Positions 57,886-64,000 of a stretch of DNA of 64,000 nucleotides are shown in pieces. The notes beneath the pieces are model-generated. The model had not been told where the DNA came from. It did no database searches and saw nothing but the letters and a program-made list of their open reading frames with translations. The stretch's first letter is position 1; each line of letters starts with the position of its first letter. Origin of the DNA: Salpingoeca rosetta (taxonomy: Eukaryota > Protista > Choanoflagellata); the NCBI GenBank assembly GCA_033442325.1, contig JAWQFM010000030.1, forward strand, positions 240,450-304,449, written 5' to 3'. The position numbers and the translations under genes were made by a program.

Positions 57886-58195
57886 CTAAATTGTTGTGCG
57901 TGTGTGTGTGTGTGTGTGTTGTGTGTTGTGTGTATGTGTGTGTGTGTGTGCGTGTGTATGTGTGTGTGCGTGTGTTGTGTGTAGGTGTGTGCGTGTGTTG
58001 TGTGCAGGTGTGTGCGTGCGTGTGTATGGCATTTGGCATTCTCCTCGCTGTGCAAGTGTGTTGTTTCTGTGAGGGCGTACAATGTGGGACTGCGAATATC
58101 TCATATTGGCACAAGCGCTAACTGCCAAATGAAAAGGCTTAACTGTATTGCCAAAAAGAACGAATTCAGGCACACAGACATACACGCGCGCGCAC

Positions 58196-58226
<31 letters not shown>

Positions 58227-58310
58227 TTTGAGATACACGCACGTGTACCACACATGTGAACACACAAGGCACACACACTTATGTCAACACACATGCATTG
58301 CTTTTCTTGC

Positions 58311-60047
58311 CTAGTCTTCCTGGTCTTCTATGACCTCAAATTTCAGCAGGTGCTCGCGCAGCACCTTGGGCTGGGTGACGTGTGAGAGGTTGCGAAGACT
58401 GTAGCCGTACTGGTTCAGCTCATCCTCATACTTGGCGATGAGGTTCTGGCAGGTTGGTGAGGACATGTCCACCAGCGCATTCCAGTCGTCGACCCAGCGC
58501 ATGGCGCTTCCAAACGACACCTGCACGTGGTGCCGGTCGCCGTGGTATCCAAGCAGCTTCCGTTGTGACTGAGGACGAAGCTGGTCTGCCTGTGGATGGC
58601 TGTTCGGACTTTGGCTTGCAGAGCGGCTTTGAAGATGCCCCGCTGCTGATGCGGATGGATCAGAGCCGCCTGGTGAGTTGCGGCGTGTGCGGCCGCGCCT
58701 TGCTGCTGCTGCCGCCACTGCTGGCCGTGGGTGTGACTGCTTGCCCTGCAGGTGCACCTTGTTGGGCAGCCCAAGGAAGCGCTCCATCTCCGCCATGTAG
58801 CCCTGCGCCATGGCCTGACTGCGGCCCACAAAGTCCTCCAGCTGGATGACGGCCACGTGCTCAATGTGCTCCATGTCCTCGCGTGCAAGCCGGTACAGCT
58901 GCAGCCAATGCGCGATAAACTCCTCACCGCAGTCTGGCACACCTTCCTCGCGATACTGCGGGCGCATGTATCGGAAGTGGGCGCAACCGAGGGGATGGCG
59001 AATGGTCATCAGAAACGACACGCGGTCCCCGGTGAAGAGCGCCTGCAGAAACCGCATCTTCAGCATGTGCGGGGGCGACTTCTCAAGCAGCACGGGCTTG
59101 CGGAGATCCCAGAACTTTGCCCACGCGTTGAAGATGGCCAGTCGGTTGTCGTCTGTGACAAAATCGCTCTCCTCCGTGACACGGCTCCTGGGGTCGAAGC
59201 CGTAGCCCAGGTCGCCGCCCGTGCGCGCCGCTGACGGGTACACGTGCTGGAGGTGCTGTCCCTCGTTTTCCGGAACATTGGTATCTGCCAAGTGCGAGCC
59301 AGTGTCAGAGTGTCGTCACGAGATCACATTATGCATGCATGCATGTGAGTTTTGAGGGTTTTGAGTGTTGGGTGAAATGACTCGAGGGGATATATGTAAG
59401 CGAAGCTCTGAAGCTGGGGGAGGTGGGGGGGGGGGATAGGACAGGGAGGCGAGGGCGCGGCTCAATGGCCTCGGTGGCTCGAGCGGTGCGTTGGGTCATG
59501 TCACCGGAGGAACCATTATTAGCATCTCACATCACGGCATGCGTGGAGGCGTGGGTGACGTCAGGCAAGACGAAGAAAGGAGAGGAACAAGATCACGACA
59601 GCATGACAGCGACCACTCGCTGTATCCTCACCAAGCAGACAAGAGACGCTAGGGTGTTGGCATATGACAAGGTCCAAGATGGTGGTTCCACTGCGAGCAT
59701 GTGCGTGTGTATGCGTGTGAGGTTGGAGGGTTGGACGTTTCGTGAGGGCTGGTGATGTGGACGTGTGTACTCACAATCGGCAACACGGCAGGAAGCAATT
59801 GCGCTAGGCATGAATATACGACGACATGCCAACTGCCTGACAGCAGAAGCAAGTGCGCGAGCGTGAAACGAAAGGGCAAAACGCACAGTACACACCTGTG
59901 GTGGGCTCCTACAACAAAGAGAAACGAGTGATTGGCCATCTGTGGTGGAAGGTCAGACGAGGAGGAGAGCAGCGGCGCTGCCCCGGCAGGCACATCCGCC
60001 GTCAGCGCCAGCGCCAGCGCCAGCACAACCACAGCAGCCTTCATCAT
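58311..60047 (-). CDS. Secretory-pathway sulfotransferase (Sulfotransfer_3/TPST-like fold), three exons
   Basis: Signal peptide MMKAAVVVLALALAL; 5'-PSB loop FLFVVGAHHSGTTIL...HP split by a phase-2 intron; VPENEGQHLQ, LLEKSPPH, 3'-PB motif IRHPL. Confidence 0.85.
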
Positions 60048-60280
60048 TGTCGTGTGCCTGGTGGTGCGCTGTGTTGTTATTTTATTCGAGCGTGGAAGCG
60101 CCTGGTGCCTGGGTGGCTTGGTTGGCTGGGGAGAAGTCGTTGTAAATTTAGCTTCCTGCGTGTGGCGAAGGATGCATTGGGAAGCCAACAAAGCTTTGTG
60201 TTGCGTGTGTTGGCGCACACGTAAATATGCATCAAATTACAACCCACCCCATTGATTTTATTGTTGCTTCAGCACCACAG

Positions 60281-61547
60281 GGCCCGTTCACAGCGAGTAA
60301 TTGTGGGTAGTTTTGGGTCGAATACTGCGTTCACGGCCACGCAATGTGGAGTAATTGGTTGATCCGACGTAATTGCAAATTACCATCCCCCGACTTGTGA
60401 AAGGGTGGTAATTTGGGGTAATGGCGCCGACGGTTGTGCGAAGTCCGGTAACCGTCAGTCGAACCCGTTGCACCGATCGAGCCAACTGAGGACGGTAACT
60501 GTCACCTTCCCCCAATATGAGCGTGTTTGGAGAGGGTACAGCCACGAGTACCCACGCCTTTGCTCGTCTACTCGTCTACGTCGCTGCACAGTACAAGCCA
60601 CGACGGTCGTAGGAGCAGCGCACGTTTCCGAGGTACGTTTTGATCCCAGTATGCATGGCAAACTGCGTTGTATGGCTCTCCCGCATACTCATATACGCGC
60701 GCGCATATGTGTGTGTGTGTGTCGCTCGTTCTTGTCGATGGTGCTGCCGTCCATTAGGCGTGAGAAGGACATCTTTGGCTTGCCAAATGAGACGTTTCGC
60801 CAGAACTTCCGTGTCACCAAGGATCAGTTCTGGGAGTTGCTTGATGTCATTTCTCCGCACCTCCCCAAACGCCCTGGGACTGACGTGCCCGATCGCGTCG
60901 TCCTTGTCGGCCTGCTGTGGATGTTTGCTCACGGCTGCTCTCTTCAGGTGCGTGCGTGTTGCGTGTTGTTCCCGTTGATGATCTTTCCCGTAGGTACTTT
61001 GGCCACCTCGCTCACGCGTTGTTTCCGCACGTGTGCTTTGTTCAGGCTGTGCAGTTCTCAATTGGGATCAGCAAGTCCATGTGCAGTACGCACTTCCCCG
61101 CGTTCGCCAAGGCGATCATCGATGGACTCGACAACATCTCGTTTCCAACTGGGGAAGAGCTGAAGGAGGAACAGCGGCGATGGGCTCAGGATGACTTCCT
61201 CGAGGGCTGTGTCACGGCTGCCGATGGCGTGCACATCAGATACACCCCAACGACGAATGGCCACGAGGTCCGTGAATGACTTACAGTGCCCTGTACTCTA
61301 TTCCCACTGCTTGCTTGGGCCTCTGCTCTGTGTCCCCATCGTGTCGTTCATTCATATAGCGCCCGCTCTCGTCTCACACCGCTCACGTCCGACACATGGC
61401 ATGTGCCCACAACGTCGCACTTGCGCATACTTGTGTGTGTGCGATACAGGAGCGTTGGCGAAACAGAAAGGGCTTCAAGTCCCAGAACGTCCTTGTTTGC
61501 GCCTCGTTCGACAGACAGGTTCGCTGTTCTTGTGCGTGCGTGTGTGT

Positions 61548-61618
<71 letters not shown>

Positions 61619-62700
61619 TGTGTCTCTGTGTCTGTGTCTGTGTCTCTGTGTCTGTGCGATGTGTGTGTGTGCGAAGCTGTGCCGCCAATTACCGACCCAG
61701 GTCACCTCATAGCCTGCCATGATGCGCATCGCACCACAAAGATACAGCACGTCGTCGTTGGCTGTGAGGGCAGCTGCCACGACGCGAGTGTCGTGGCAAC
61801 TGCTGACCTCACCTCCAAGCTGCCTGAAGGGAGCTTCGGACTATTCGACGCTGCCATGCGCCTGACCCATAAACGGTGAGTGGCCGCTCGCGTGTGTGTG
61901 AGAGCGTGTGCATGCGTGTGTCTGTGTGCATGCGTGTGTGAGAGTGTGTGCATGCGTGTGTCTGTGTGCATGCGTGTGTGAGAGTGTGTGCATGCGTGTG
62001 TCTGTGTGTGTCTGTGTGTGTGTGTTTGTGTCTGTGTGTGTCAATCGTGTTTGTGCGGTGTTTAAATCGGTGAAGCCTGTTGCCTCACACCGTATGTGTG
62101 CGCGGGCGTGTGCGTGTAGATGGCTGACGCCCATTCGTGGAGTCACCTATCACCTGGACACGTTCAAGTCCCGGGGAGGACCGCAGTCGGATGAGGAAAT
62201 ATTCAACTACATGGTAGGGTCCACGCATGTCGGCTGCACATGAGTGCACAAACACACACGCACATGCACACGCACATGCACACGCACATGCACACGCACA
62301 TACACACGCACATGCACACACACACATGCACACGCATACGCACATACGCACACACAAGCACGCACGCACACACACGCACACACACGCACGCACGCACGCA
62401 CATGCGTGCACACAAGCACACACATGCATACATGCATTCACTGAGCAGTGTGTATGCAAGGTTGCGTGTGTAGATGTGCGTGCGGGCGTTGTTACATGAG
62501 TGCATGCTTTGGCGGGTAGTTCGTTCTATTACGCTCCGTCGTACACAGCAACAAATACAATGCCAACTCAGAGACACAACAGACATAGTCAAACCAGGTT
62601 GAATATGGAAGCAGAGACAGAAAGAGTGGTGTTAAGACGACTTCTTGTCCTGCCGGCGACGCAAGCTCCGCACGGCAGCCACGAGGGTCCCAATGCAGTC
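60281..62700 (+). mobile_element. PIF/Harbinger-superfamily DNA transposon, left end (right end not identified in window)
   Basis: CAG (60278-60280, a CWG-type target) followed by TIR-like GGCCCGTTCACAG, clustered subterminal GTAATT motifs, then a DDE transposase gene. Confidence 0.75.
60517..62212 (+). pseudogene. Intron-containing Harbinger/HARBI1-type DDE transposase with an in-frame TAG in predicted exon 1; C-terminal exon uncertain
   Basis: FRQNFRVTKDQFWELL, GISKS, GCVTAADGVHI, NRKGFKSQNVL, GCEGSCHDASV, LFDAAM, WLTPIRGVTYHL, EEIFNY. Exon 1 (60517-60632) joins in phase but has TAG at 60610-60612. Confidence 0.7.
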
Positions 62701-62711
62701 CCTGGGGCGCG

Positions 62712-63007
62712 AGCGTGTGTGTGTATGTCGTGTGCGTGCGTGCGTGCGTGCATGAGTGCGTGCGTGCATGAGTGTGTGCGTGTGAGTGTGTGTGTGTGTG
62801 TGTGTGCGTGCATGAGTGTGTGTGTGTGTGTGTGCGCGCGTGCATGAGTGTGTGTGTGTGTGTGTGCGTGTGTGTGTGTGCGTACGTGTGTGTGTGCGTG
62901 TGTGCGCGCGTGCATGAGTGAGTGTGAGTGAGTGTGTGTGTGCGCGTGCATGAGTGAGTGTGTGCGTGCATGAGTGCGTGTGTGTGTGTGTGCGCGTGCA
63001 TGAGTGC

Positions 63008-63038
<31 letters not shown>

Positions 63039-64000
63039 CATGAGTGTGTGTGTGTGTGTGTGCGTGTGTGCGTACGTGTGAGAGAGTGTGTGTGCGCGCG
63101 TGCATGAGTGTGTGCGTGTGAGTGTGAGTGTATGTGTATGCGTGTGAGTGTGTGCGTACGTGTGTGTGTGTGCGTGTGTGTGCGTGTGAGTGTGAGTGTA
63201 TGTGTATGCGTGTGAGTGTATGTGTATGCGTGTGAGTGTGTGCGTGCGTGTGTGTGTGTGTGTGAGAGTATGTGTATGTGTGTGAGTGTGTGCGTGCGTG
63301 TGTGGGTGTGCGTGTGTGTGCGTGCATGAGTGCGTGTGCGCGCGTGCATGAGTGAGTGTGAGTGAGTGTGTGTGCGCGCGTGCATGAGTGTGTGCGTGTG
63401 AGTGTGAGTGTATGTGTATGCGTGTGAGTGTGTGCGTACGTGTGTGTGTGTGCGTGTGCGTACGTGTGAGTGTGTGTGTGTGTGCGTGCGTGTGAGTGTA
63501 CGTGTATGCGTGTGAGTGTGTGCGTGCGTGTGTGTGTGTGTGTGTGAGAGTATGTGTATGTGTGTGAGTGTGTGCGTGCGTGTGTGGGTGTGCGTGTGTG
63601 TGCGTGCATGAGTGCGTGTGTGTGTGTGCGCGTGCATGAGTGTGTGTGTGTGCGTGTGTGCGCGCGTGCATGAGTGCGTGTGCGAGTGCGCGTGCATGAG
63701 TGAGTGTGTGCGTGTGAGTGCGCGTGCATGAGTGAGTGTGTGCGTGTGAGTGTGAGTGTACGTGTATGCGTGTGAGTGTGTGCGTACGTGTGTGTGTGTG
63801 TGCGTGTGTGAGTGCATGAGTGTGTGCGTGCGTGCATGAGTACGTGCGTGCGTGCATGAGTGCGAGTGTGTGTGTGCATGAGTGTGTGCGTGCGTGCATG
63901 AGTGCGAGTGTGTGCGTGCATGAGTGTGTGCGTGTGAGTGTGCGTGTGCATGAGTGAGTGTGTGTGTGTGTGTGTGCGTGCGTGCATGAGTGCGTGTGTA
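62712..64000. repeat. Complex GT-derived satellite with recurring GCGTGCATGAGT units and longer-period block duplications
   Basis: More than 1.2 kb running to the window end; blocks such as 63081-63330 recur near 63371-63620. Confidence 0.9.

Overview
Intron-rich eukaryotic genomic DNA with (GT)n/(CA)n microsatellite-filled introns and GC-rich exons. The style fits a choanoflagellate such as Salpingoeca rosetta (inference only). Most ORF-track entries are microsatellite artefacts, so gene models were rebuilt by hand from GT-AG junctions and reading phase; domain calls rest on remembered consensus motifs, not database searches. In order: 3' end of a secreted PPC-domain protein; a ~12 kb kinesin gene that splices in frame into a DEP domain and inversin/ANKRD55-like ankyrin repeats; a microsatellite-poor island with two orphan genes, one with a PemK/MazF-like motif; a Gln-rich orphan; a C-type-lectin receptor; a two-CDGSH (CISD3-like) protein with a C-terminal membrane anchor, head-to-head with PEX16 carrying a Cys-rich insert; an intronless LRR gene; a DEP-PH-glutathione-peroxidase-fold protein with its catalytic residues replaced by acids; an ADAP/FYB-type helically extended SH3 protein; a secreted 7-repeat beta-propeller; a sulfotransferase; and the left part of a PIF/Harbinger transposon running into a complex satellite. 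The strongest novelty candidates are the kinesin-DEP-ankyrin fusion, the DEP-PH-pseudo-GPx, and systematic complementarity between intron ends.
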